Part shown: piece after piece, positions 44,792-54,867 of the stretch
Layout of the letters: each line of letters opens with the position of its first letter
How positions within the stretch are numbered: position 1 is the first letter of the stretch
From: Naegleria gruberi
Lineage: Eukaryota
Direction: 5' to 3' (one strand)
DNA length: 64,000 bases
Assembly (NCBI GenBank): GCA_000004985.1
Contig: GG738885.1
The notes under the pieces: generated by a model
Database searches by the model: none
Told to the model about the DNA's origin: nothing
Seen by the model: only the letters and a program-made list of their open reading frames with translations
Made by a program: the position numbers and the translations under genes

Positions 44792-46843
44792 TTATTCTTG
44801 CTTTTCCAACTCGTTAAACCTCTTTTGCAAAACTTTCATTCCTTCCTTTTGGTAACTCTCCTTTCTTTTCTTATTTGCCTGTCCGAGACCTCCTCCAGTG
44901 TTGGATTTTGCAAAGCCAAGACCAGTATTTTTTTCTGTTTGTTTGGCACTGATTGGAGTGGTGATACCTGACTTGTTCTTACCCAATCCTTCACCTTTTG
45001 TCCAACCAAGCTTTTCTAACATTTTCTTACCGACATTGTTATCGTCAATTTCCTTCTTTTCCAATTCCTTGGCATTTACTGGCTTTGTATCACGCTTTCG
45101 TTTTACTCCTTGTTGGGATTTACCATTTTCTCTATTGAGTTGTGAGGTGGCCTGCTCAATATCCTTTTCCAATTGTTTTAATTGTTCATTGAATTCAGGG
45201 TTAGGAACAAATCCTCCTGAACTGATAACCTCAATGACTTGCTCCTTTTCCTCTTCTTGGGGTTTAGGAAGAGATGGTCCAATTACTTTGCCTTCAGTTG
45301 TTGGATTCTTTTCCTCAGAATTGTCGTTTTGTTCGCTTGCATCGGTTCCTTCAGCAGGGAATGCAACGTAAGTTTTATCTTCCTCATTATAATACATCCA
45401 GAATCCTCCTGCACAGTCATAGTAGTATCCGGTATTGATATCATAGTAATAATTAAGTTCACTATTATAATAGTAACCAGAGTCTGAATCAAAGATAAAG
45501 CCACTTTCTGCGAGTGCTTTATCCTGTTTTGAAAGGTTAGTATCTGCCGAGGAGCTCTCTATTATTTTTTGCTTTTCTTCTAGCTTTTGATCTGTGCCAG
45601 TATAACTGTATAAGGAATTCCAACTGGCTATTGTTGGTTCAGATTCATTTTCTTGTGACTGTTGACGTTTGGCATAGGCAACGTTAACACGAACACCATC
45701 AATAAATAGTTCAGAAACTTTTGATAGAGCGTTTGTGGCATCCTATATTGAATATTGTAGAAATGTAAAATATCAATAAAACATACCTCTAAAGAGAAAT
45801 ATTCCACAAAACCAAACTGTCTGGATATTTGGGTCGTCTTATCTCTAATAATTCTACATGCCTTGATTGGGGCAAAGGTAGAAAATACACTCAATAACTA
45901 GATATTGATAAGCTGAATGAATATTATAAACCAATCATACCGTTGTTTCATTAGTGAGAAGGTTAAGACCTCTCACAATAAGCTCTGTAGTTGGTGTGAC
46001 CTCTTCGTTAACATCGGAGGCATCTTTTGCCAACTCGTCTTTTGGAATAGAACAACCGAAACAATTAGTTCTATGCATAAAATTTTTAGTATTGCACTAT
46101 CAAAGAATTAATCAAATATTCAGTTATCAAAACAACTTACATGACCACAAAACCAATCCTTGAAACTTTTTTCATTTTCTTTTCCTTCCTCCGAGTGAGG
46201 TGTTTTGTGACTGTACTCCAACTCTACATAATCATTTCCAATAAACATTCCACCATTTGAAGAATTCATAAATTGCTCACTTTCGGTTAATGTAGCAAAG
46301 TCAACAAAACCAAATCCTCTACTTTGTCCAGTTGCTTTATCACGAACAATTCTGACACGTGTTGGTTGTAGTCCATGAATTTGAAAAACAAAATTTGAAA
46401 TATCATCTTCACTTGCAAGATTTGACAAACCTTTCAAAATAACAGAAGTAGATGGTTGAAAATGATTGCCTCTACGTTCTTCCCATACTTTTCTCTTCTT
46501 TTCCCTAAATTTTTGTTTGCCTTCATCTGGATTTTTAAACTTTTCTTGTAATTGTTCATATGCTTGTGTATGTCTTGGTTTTAATTGATGACCATCTTCT
46601 TCCTTTCTCTCCTGATGTGTTGTATTACTGAACGGATTACTTTTCAGTGTTCTTTGAAAAGGTTTCTTTTGATCCGATCTATTAAATCGTCATAATACAA
46701 GTTATTGTTAGATTGATTTTTGTTTAGTTTTAGATATGAATTTTATCCTGAACCGAACCTGTTTGAAGTGGTGTGACCGTGATCCCGGTTACTGCCAGTA
46801 TTATTTGAATATTGTTGTTGGTGTTGAGAATTGTCTTGTGGCA
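44792..46843 (-). CDS. RBM5/RBM10/SUA-like splicing factor: RRM, RanBP2 zinc finger, RRM, OCRE, G-patch (about five exons)
   Basis: An N-terminal exon starts at 46843 (MPQDNSQHQQQ...). The RRM1 exon (RGFGFVDF) ends ...KDWFCGH at a GTAAGT donor. A 44-nt intron follows. The RanBP2-ZnF exon (CNTKNFMHRTNCFGCSIPK) fits WxCxxCxxxNx6CxxC across the junction. The RRM2 exon contains RQFGFVEY. The final exon carries OCRE Tyr repeats (SGYYYNSELNYYYDINTGYYYDCAGGFWMYYNEEDKTYV) and a G-patch (GKKMLEKLGWTKGEGLGKNKSGITTPI). Confidence 0.75.
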
Positions 46844-47080
46844 TTTTTTCTAAGATTTAAAAATAATCTAATTTTCTAATATTTTATATTATATAATTCT
46901 TTAATTGTACCTTAATTGGCAAGTGGTTAATGATATTGTATTTAATATTGTATAGTAATCTTCATGTAAATAAACATTCATAATAAATAAAATCAAATAA
47001 TTACTCATTAATTTAAATTATTAATATTATTGTTTTAATTTCTTTTAAAAATAAAAATATATCACAATTAGATCATCAGG

Positions 47081-48483
47081 ATGAAGAGAAAATTAAACAA
47101 TAATTCCTCCTCACTGAGTAGTCTTTCGGAAGGCTATAGAAGTGATGATGAAAGTAGTCAGAATGCAATTGATGAGGAAAAGCCATCAAAAAAGTTAGCA
47201 ACCTCATCTTCACCAACAACTAATGACAATCATCACACAGATGGTGAAGAAAAGGATTTAACCAACAAGACAGTTATTATAGAAAAAAGTAATGATAATG
47301 ATTTTACATCAATACCTTCGGAAGAATTTGATATTGAACAAATTACAGGTTTTTCTGCATGTTCAACAGTGGAAAATTACGAGTTTTTAAATAATATTGG
47401 AAGTGGAACATTTGGTGTTGTGAGTCGAGGAAAATGTAAAGAAACAGGAGAGATTGTAGCTTTAAAGAGAATTAAATTAATGAAGGAATTTACTAGTAAG
47501 GAGGGATTTCCATTGACAGCACTTCGTGAAATGAATACACTTCTCCAGATGAGACATGAAAATTTAGTTTGTGCTAGAGAGGTTGTATGTGGATCTGATT
47601 TAAACAAAGTCTTTATTGTTATGGATTATATGGATCATACTTTGAAGGATGTTCTTGATAGATATAGCTTTAGTATGAGTGAATGTAAAAGATTAATGAT
47701 ACAATTATTATTAGGATTGCAATATATGCATGAGGATTGTTGGTTAATTCATCGTGACTTGAAGACTTCTAATATTTTGATGGATAATAAGGGATCTTTA
47801 AAGATTTGTGACTATGGTCTTACGAGAAAATATGGTTCTCCAATTAGAGATAATTATACTCCAGTTGTGGTGACACTTTGGTATAGAGGTGAGTTTTTTA
47901 TTATGTTTTAAATATGTTGATGAAATAATTTCAAGCACCTGAACTCTTATTGGGAGCTAAGAAATATTCGACACCAATTGATATGTGGAGTGTTGGATGT
48001 ATATTTTATGAAATAATTACTGGTGAATATTTATTTACATCTGACAGTGAAATTGGTCAAATGAAGAAAATATTTGAAGTTTTAGGAAAGCCAACAGAAT
48101 CAGAATATCCTGGATTTTCACAACTTCCAGCAATTAAGAAATTTAAATGGGATATTAGTAATGTGAAAGGAAGAGCTCAATTAATTAGACTTTTAAAAAC
48201 TCAATATCAACTCTCTGATCAAGGATGTGATCTTTTCAATAGATTATTATGTTTTGATCCAGAATCTAGAATTACAGCAAGGGAAGCACTTGCCCATCCA
48301 TTCTTCAAAGAAGCACCTCTTCCACAAACTAAGGAAAATATGCCGACATTCCCATCTGTACAAACAATTGACAGCTCAAAGAGAAAATCAACAAGAGAAT
48401 CTGGAAGAGATGAAGAACAAGTAGTTCAACACTCGAGAGCTAATGAATTGGAGAAGGAATTTAATAGATTCATGACGGAATAA
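47081..48483 (+). CDS. Cyclin-dependent kinase, CDK11/CDK10 (PITSLRE)-like, two exons
   Basis: The N-terminal extension is S/D/E-rich. Kinase subdomains include GSGTFGVV, the cyclin-binding helix PLTALREMNTLL, HRDLKTSN and DYGL. Exon 1 ends at 47888 (..TLWYR + G). A 47-nt GTGAGT...TCAAG intron (47889..47935) follows, and exon 2 restores WYRAPELLLG. Confidence 0.85.
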
Positions 48484-48485
48484 TA

Positions 48486-48497
48486 TTTCCCGCCAAA
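48486..48497 (+). promoter_or_regulatory. E2F-like element TTTCCCGCCAAA 42-53 bp upstream of the thymidylate kinase ATG
   Basis: The site taatatttcccgccaaataaa is nearly identical to the textbook E2F site TTTCGCGCCAAA. It lies upstream of an S-phase nucleotide-metabolism gene. Confidence 0.35.
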
Positions 48498-48538
48498 TAA
48501 ATCATTTAATTCCAAACGTTTTTTAAATTATCAAAAAA

Positions 48539-49186
48539 ATGTCTACAAACATTTCTAGAGGAGCCTTTATTGTTTTCGAAGGATTAGATCGATGTGGAAA
48601 AACTACCCAAACAAATAAATTGGTAGAATTATTGAAAAATCAATTCGGAGTAGTTCATGAAATTGCCTTCCCTGATAGAACAACTGAAACTGGAAAATTA
48701 TGTGATGAATATTTGCGAAACAAGAATAATTTGAATGATCGTGCTATTCACTTGATGTTTTCTGCTAACAGATGGGATAAGATGCAATGGATTCAAAAAA
48801 CACTCCTCTCCGGTGAGCATGTTGTTTGTGGAAGATATGCATACTCTGGTGTTGTTTATAGTGCTGCAAAGGGAATTGACAGAAAGTGGTGTAAATCACC
48901 AGATGTTGGTCTTATTGAACCTGACTTGGTGATTTATCTTCAAGTGGATCCATCTATTGCCTCTACAAGAAAAGAATATGGAAATGAAAGATATGAAAAG
49001 GAACAATTCCAAAAAGCTGTTAAGGAACAATTTGAAACTTTATTTGAAGAAGATGGTTATAAGAATGTTAAAGTTATCGATGGAACAAAGAGTATTGAAG
49101 AAATATCTGAAGAAATTGCAGAAATCACCAAATCAACAATAGAGAAAGTTAAGTCTGAACCTCTTAGAAAGTTGTGGAGTGAATAA
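48539..49186 (+). CDS. DTYMK: Thymidylate kinase (dTMP kinase)
   Basis: The P-loop GAFIVFEGLDRCGKTTQ, the DRYAYSGVVYSAAKG region and the LID-like segment are collinear with eukaryotic TMPK. The gene is a single exon starting 55 bp after the CDK stop. Confidence 0.9.
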   Translation: MSTNISRGAFIVFEGLDRCGKTTQTNKLVELLKNQFGVVHEIAFPDRTTETGKLCDEYLRNKNNLNDRAIHLMFSANRWDKMQWIQKTLLSGEHVVCGRYAYSGVVYSAAKGIDRKWCKSPDVGLIEPDLVIYLQVDPSIASTRKEYGNERYEKEQFQKAVKEQFETLFEEDGYKNVKVIDGTKSIEEISEEIAEITKSTIEKVKSEPLRKLWSE

Positions 49187-49214
49187 GTTTTTCAATACAA
49201 TATATGATAATTTA

Positions 49215-50952
49215 TTAATTTGAGATGAGATTGTTTTCATGAGCCCATTTGGCAATAATTTGAAGGATAATATTCTTTTCTTCTCTGCTTGAATTCTTCA
49301 ACATGTGGACAATATCACGTAAAGTTTCACTCGATTCCTTTCCTATTACTATTTGTTGGAATACACCTATACAAGCACCTCTCTTGCCTTCCCAAAATTC
49401 AGAATTCGAATCCAATCTTTCCAGAACATCGAAAGCCTTAGCAGCATAGTAATACGATCCAATCTTGTAACAATCATTAGCTATTAATTGGAGCAGATTC
49501 ATAGCATCTATTGAGGTTTCCATTTTCAAATATAATTCCCAAGCTAACTCTGGTTTGTTGTTCATAATGTAACATCTTGCTAACCAACTATTATATACAT
49601 AATCTCTCTTGTAACTTTCATCTGCAGCCATTGAAAGTGCTTTTTCTCCTTCCTTATAATTTCCAACAAATGCGTGAGCAATACCATAATTCCAATGGAA
49701 ATCACTATCATCTTGGAAGAAGTTTTCTACAGATTGAAGATATACTATTACATCGGCAAAACGTTTTGTCAAGAAGAAGCATGATGCCATACATTGTCTA
49801 CCTGGAATTGTGTCACATTCAGTATCTGATGTACCAACAAGTTGGAAGTAGTGTTCTGCGTTTTTGAGATGTTCTCTCGAATCGTGTAATTGTCCTTTAC
49901 ATGCATTAACAACACCCTTCAAAATATATTCACTTGCTTTCATTGGTTCCAAATCCTTAATTAATTCATATGCTTCATCTACATCTCCATTCTTTAAATG
50001 GTATATTACAAGGTTTAGCTTTGCTTCTGGTAAAATATCAAGAAGAGGAGGAAGCACTTGAAGAGCATTCTCTCCACTTCTGAAAACTACCATATTGTGC
50101 TTGATCAAATAGTTTTCAGCAGTATGTGAAGTTTGTTGGAGTTCTATAATTGGTTGGAGAACAGCTTCTGCTTTCTTTCCAGAATATGTCTTGAAGATGT
50201 TGCAAGCTCTAAGATTAAGTGCTGTTGGACTGTCTGGGTGTTTTTGAAGATAACTGCTCAGTACTTCCAAAGAAATATCAAAGAAATCTAATTTAAAGTA
50301 ACAAAGAGCTACATAGATTTGCAATGCTTCAAATGAACTGTCCTCCATCAATATATTTTTGTAAATATTTACAGCTGCTTGAACTTGGTTTCTAGAAAAG
50401 TGCATTGCAGCCAAACTCAATTGATCTTCAATATTGTTATCATTCAATTTTTTGTGACATTGATTCACTAAATCCTCTTTTTGGAGTTTATCTGCAACAT
50501 GGAACAAAATTCTATTTTGGAGTGGATTATCTGGACCTTTAATGCAAGCTTCATAAGCTTCTTCATATTCTCCTAAGAAGAAATAACAACAAGCAATATG
50601 AAGGAATACAAATGAATCCTTTGTTTTAGTGTATAACTCTTCCAAATATTCAATTGCTTTAGCGTATTCTCCTAAATGAAAACAACAATAGGCCAACCAT
50701 GGAAGTGTTGGTCTCACTCTTGGATGTTCCTTTCCGAGCCCCTTAAAGAACTAAAATACAAAATATTATTCCGACTTATCTTCTTATTAAACATACCTCC
50801 AACACTGCAATAGCACCAGAAAAATCACGTTGTTGTATCATTGATACGATATCAATTTCTGTTTGTTCCGTCTTTTTGGTGTTTGCAACAGGTTTCTTTG
50901 CCTGTTGGGCAGCTGCTGTTTTCAGCTTTCCTGTAACTGGTCGTTTGAACAT
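49215..50952 (-). CDS. IFT56: Intraflagellar transport protein 56 (TTC26 / DYF-13), two exons
   Basis: Exon 1 runs 50952..50797 (MFKRPVTGKLKT...MIQQRDFSGAIAVLE). A 46-nt GTATGT...TTTTAG intron (50751..50796) follows. Exon 2 begins FFKGLGKEHPRVRPTLPWLAYCCFHLGEY. TPR repeats run throughout. The N-terminus matches TTC26 (KRDFTGAITLLEFKRHVGEEE..LWIGYCAFHLGDYKRALEEYE). The stop lies 28 bp from the convergent TMPK stop. Confidence 0.85.
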
Positions 50953-51019
50953 TTTTTATTCTTGTTGTTGTTTTCTTAGAAGTGCAAGTAATTGAGGTTA
51001 GACGATTAATCGTAAACAG

Positions 51020-51031
51020 TTCGCGCCAAAA
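51020..51031. promoter_or_regulatory. E2F-like palindromic element TTCGCGCCAAAA, with a second GGCGCC 25 bp away, in the IFT56/coiled-coil bidirectional promoter
   Basis: The site cagttcgcgccaaaaccagttcaaagaaatggcgccacaaa lies in the 265-bp divergent intergenic region. Confidence 0.3.
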
Positions 51032-51217
51032 CCAGTTCAAAGAAATGGCGCCACAAACAATTAAAATTATTAAATTTATAAAAAATTCAAAGCTTTGCAG
51101 AACTACAACCTCTTGATAATAGATTATTCATAATATCTGCATTGAAATTGAATCAGAATCACGAATGATAGTTAATTGCTAGAGGAGGAAATATTGGAAT
51201 AATTATTAAAAGGAATC

Positions 51218-53011
51218 ATGAAACGAAGAGATGTCAAACCACCCGATTCAGCAAAAGGACTGATTTCAAGAGGAACCTCTGCAAAGGCAGGCACTTTAAT
51301 GAGACCTCAAAGTGAGTCAGTGAAGAAAACGTCAGAGTTTGGAGTTGTTAGGAATGTTCCATTTACAAAGGGTTTAAATACTGGTATGATGAATAATCAC
51401 TTTACATCACAAACCGAATCACAAAAGGATTTATTGGAAAAATTTAAAAGTGATAGTAGGGGTATTGCTAGTAAATTAACTCAACTCACAAAGAAAGTAT
51501 CTACCAAAAAACAACAAATCAAAAAGGTTGCTCATAACACCGAGTGGGGAAACGAATGGAAAAAGCTCAGAAAAATTCAAAGAGAGTTGGAAAGTGAAAT
51601 AGTGGACGAAATGAAGGCCGAGAGAGAAGAGTATTATTACGAAATAATGAACCAAGTTGAAGAGGGACAGAATAATCCTCTGAAATCAATTAGAGAAAGT
51701 ATTCATCGGCTTATTCTGGATAAAATTGAGAGGACAACGTGTGAGATATATAATTTAGAGAACGAAATCAATACCTTGTTTAAAAATTATGAGAGCTTAA
51801 ATCCCAACTCTATTGATATGGAAATTGATAATAATACATTCTCAGCGGATGAGTTTGTCAATAATATTTTGAGATCATTCAACTATTCCATAGACACGAC
51901 TTTAACCTTAATTCTTGAGGAGTTCAAGAAGAAGATCAATCAAATAATTGAGCTATACAAACAAGGGAAAGTTGTTCTTACTCCACATAATTGGGCAAGC
52001 GAGGATCATGAAAGATATAAACATGTTTATAGACAATATCAAAATGGAGAGCATTTTGGAAAGAATCTAGTATCATATTGGGAGCTACTGAAAAATACTC
52101 TTCCAACGAAATCGGAAACAGATATCAAAGATCATGATATGTGGTACAAGAAAGTTCACAAAATTGAGATCCACAAGATTAAGGAAAACAAGGAAAGACT
52201 TTTGAAAGATTTGGAAAAGATAGAGAGCATCAGTAAAGAGACAATCTCTTTTTATATCGAATCAGAGGAGAATAAGAAGAAAGAGGAATTGGAAAGGAAA
52301 CGGTTTAATGTTATTGCAGAAGAAGCTCGCAGAATGTTAGAGGAACAATTGATTTTGAAGGAAGAAAAAACCAAGGTAGACAATGAGAGAAAGGCCAAGG
52401 AGGAAGAAATCCGAAAGCAAGAGGAAGATGAAAGAGATTTGAGGGAAAGAGAGAGAAGAGAAAAGCTTAAAGAACAATTAGAGAAATATTTCAAAGAGAA
52501 GGAAGAAATCAATCAAATTCAAGAGGAGGAAAGAAAGAAAGAACAAGAAAGATTGAAAGAAGAACAAGTCCTAACCCAAAAACTCAATAAGGAAAGAGTA
52601 GACTTTAGAAAAAACAAAGAGTTTGAAAAGTTGGAAAAGAAAAAAGAAGAACAAAAAAAGAGAGAAGAGGAAGCTCTTAAAAGGGAGGCTCAACTCAATA
52701 AGCTCATAGAAAGTGTTTATGAGGAGATGAATTTATTGGAAATAGATATTGATACAAAACGTCTAAATCAACCAACTCAATCACTATTAAACAAGCAAAA
52801 GGAGGAAGAAGAGCAAGTTGAAAAGCTCAAACTTTATGGATATACTGCAGATCAATTAATGAAGGACAGAAAGTTCAAATTGCAACTCCTACTACAGGAA
52901 GCTGGATTACTCAATACTGATTATGCAAGAGAAATATTCAGTACATTGAAACCATCTCGATTGACAAGAGTAGATAATCTGACAACTGACCAAAAGACTC
53001 GCATCAACTAA
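51218..53011 (+). CDS. Charged coiled-coil protein (E/K/R-rich), hypothetical
   Basis: The 597-aa ORF is intact and starts on an ATG. Its central ~250 aa are E/K/R heptad-rich (EERKKEQERLKEEQ...). It shares a divergent promoter with IFT56. Confidence 0.55.
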   Translation: MKRRDVKPPDSAKGLISRGTSAKAGTLMRPQSESVKKTSEFGVVRNVPFTKGLNTGMMNNHFTSQTESQKDLLEKFKSDSRGIASKLTQLTKKVSTKKQQIKKVAHNTEWGNEWKKLRKIQRELESEIVDEMKAEREEYYYEIMNQVEEGQNNPLKSIRESIHRLILDKIERTTCEIYNLENEINTLFKNYESLNPNSIDMEIDNNTFSADEFVNNILRSFNYSIDTTLTLILEEFKKKINQIIELYKQGKVVLTPHNWASEDHERYKHVYRQYQNGEHFGKNLVSYWELLKNTLPTKSETDIKDHDMWYKKVHKIEIHKIKENKERLLKDLEKIESISKETISFYIESEENKKKEELERKRFNVIAEEARRMLEEQLILKEEKTKVDNERKAKEEEIRKQEEDERDLRERERREKLKEQLEKYFKEKEEINQIQEEERKKEQERLKEEQVLTQKLNKERVDFRKNKEFEKLEKKKEEQKKREEEALKREAQLNKLIESVYEEMNLLEIDIDTKRLNQPTQSLLNKQKEEEEQVEKLKLYGYTADQLMKDRKFKLQLLLQEAGLLNTDYAREIFSTLKPSRLTRVDNLTTDQKTRIN

Positions 53012-53059
53012 TTTATTACTACACTACTTTACACTATTGTACATATAATTTTTAACAAA

Positions 53060-53365
53060 CTACTTTGAATTTGTCTTTGAGGAATGAGGTTTTGCCTTTA
53101 AATCTCTGGAAAAAAGAGAAGAATGATTGATACGTTGCTCCTCTTTGAATGTCTTTACAGGACTGAATGTCTTGTAATGCCCAGCATAAAACAAGTTGGA
53201 ATTAGCTGTTAATGGTTCAGTTTTATGAGTCTTGTGGTGATCCTTCTTCAAGTGTTTCAGGTCTCTAGAGAATAACGAATAACTGCGCACATGTTCACTG
53301 TTAGATGTTCTCACAAAGAGATTGGAGAATTGAGTTGACTTTCTCTTGAGGGCACTAATGATCAT
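53060..53365 (-). CDS. Small basic K/S-rich hypothetical protein with an internal duplication (SLFSRDLK twice)
   Basis: The ORF-track start is TTG, and the first ATG is at 53365. There is no family assignment, and the ORF could be spurious. Confidence 0.25.
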   Translation of the reverse strand: MIISALKRKSTQFSNLFVRTSNSEHVRSYSLFSRDLKHLKKDHHKTHKTEPLTANSNLFYAGHYKTFSPVKTFKEEQRINHSSLFSRDLKAKPHSSKTNSK

Positions 53366-53635
53366 CTTTTTTTTGAATTGAAATATTTGTAAGGACCTAA
53401 ATGGTTGTAAAAATAGTTTCAAAAAGAACGCGAGAGGAGGAAAGGAAAATTTTCACTTAAGGCGAATGTACAAAAGTTACCAAAGAAACCATTGAAAATA
53501 ATCTGACCAGAAATGTAACGAAACTTTTCAGTTAAATTATTACCATTTCAAATTGAACCTATGAAAATCCAACAAAAAGAGATTCAATAATTATTATTAC
53601 AAAATAATTATTGAATTAATAATGCAAATAAAAAA

Positions 53636-54834
53636 ATGCTCAAAAACCAAACACTAGGAAATCACAATGGCAAACAATATAATTTTGGAAGGGAATTGCT
53701 CACCACCATCACCATGATGATTATTCTAGTTATCGGGTTGTGTACATTATTTTGTGCTCAACCATCGGAGGCTTCGGAAGTTGTAGCAATTGGTGATTTG
53801 CATGGAGACTATTCAATGTTTTTAGAATTATTAAATTATTTAAATCTTACGAGAGATGAGACGAGTGGATGGATCAATACTGGAGATGTTGAACTTATTC
53901 AGACAGGAGATGTTTTGGATAGAGGAGAATATGGATTGGAACTTGTTAGACTATTTATGAATAATACAAATAATTCTAAAGTTGAAATGTTAATAGGTAA
54001 ATATTTATTGATGATGTATTTTGGTCAACTTTGTTAGGGAATCACGAGGAATTAAATTTATTAGGAGCATTTCACTATGTAAATATTAATGAATATTCGG
54101 AAGAATATAAAGATTCAATGTTAAATAAGTCTTCATTGATAAGGAAATTCCTATTGAGTAGAAAGGTTGTGAAAATTGTTGATGGTGTAGTTTATGTGCA
54201 CGCTGGTATTTTACCATCATTCATTGAGAAGGAGGACTTTGCTAACAAGGAACCAAATGATATTGTGCAATATTTGAATGAAATTATATCAAATTTACTA
54301 GATCATCTCACTTCAATTCATGTGAGATCATCAAACTCATTACTAGGTCACAGAGGTCCACTTTGGCTCAGAGATTATTCAGAGGGAAGAAATTGTGAAA
54401 GTTTATACAGAGTTTTGGAAATTCTTGGTGCTAAACATATGGTGGTTGGTCATGAAATTCAACAAGATATTACCATCAGATGTTATGATCCAAAGAAACA
54501 AATGAGTGTTATTTGTATTGATATTGGAATGAGTAATGGATATGGAGGAGCAAATCCAAGTGCAATCAAAATTGTGGATGGAAAGACTTTATATGTTTAT
54601 GAGAACATTCCAACAGTTAGAATGGTTGACTTGGCTACCAATACTGTAATGCATTTGGATTCTAATGCATTTACTGGAGGATTCAGGATTGGAATTTTTG
54701 GAGTATTTATTTCCACTCTTTTCGTTGTGTTATTGACAATAGTCTTATGCAAACCACCAAAAGAAATAATTACAGATAAGGATGACATTCAAATTGTTTT
54801 TAATTTTGACAAGAATAAGGAACTGGGTCAATAA
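53636..54834 (+). CDS. Membrane-anchored calcineurin-like metallophosphatase (PPP/Shelph-like), two exons
   Basis: The metal-binding motifs are GDLHGD, GDVLDRG(EY) and, across the splice, GNHE. Exon 1 ends at 53996. A 41-nt GTAAAT...TTGTTAG intron (53997..54037) joins ..KVEMLI-G-NHEELNLL. The protein has an N-terminal TM (IILVIGLCTLFCA) and a C-terminal TM (IFGVFISTLFVVLLTIVLC). Confidence 0.7.
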
Positions 54835-54867
54835 ATTATTTTCATTTTCTGAAATCATTAATATAAA

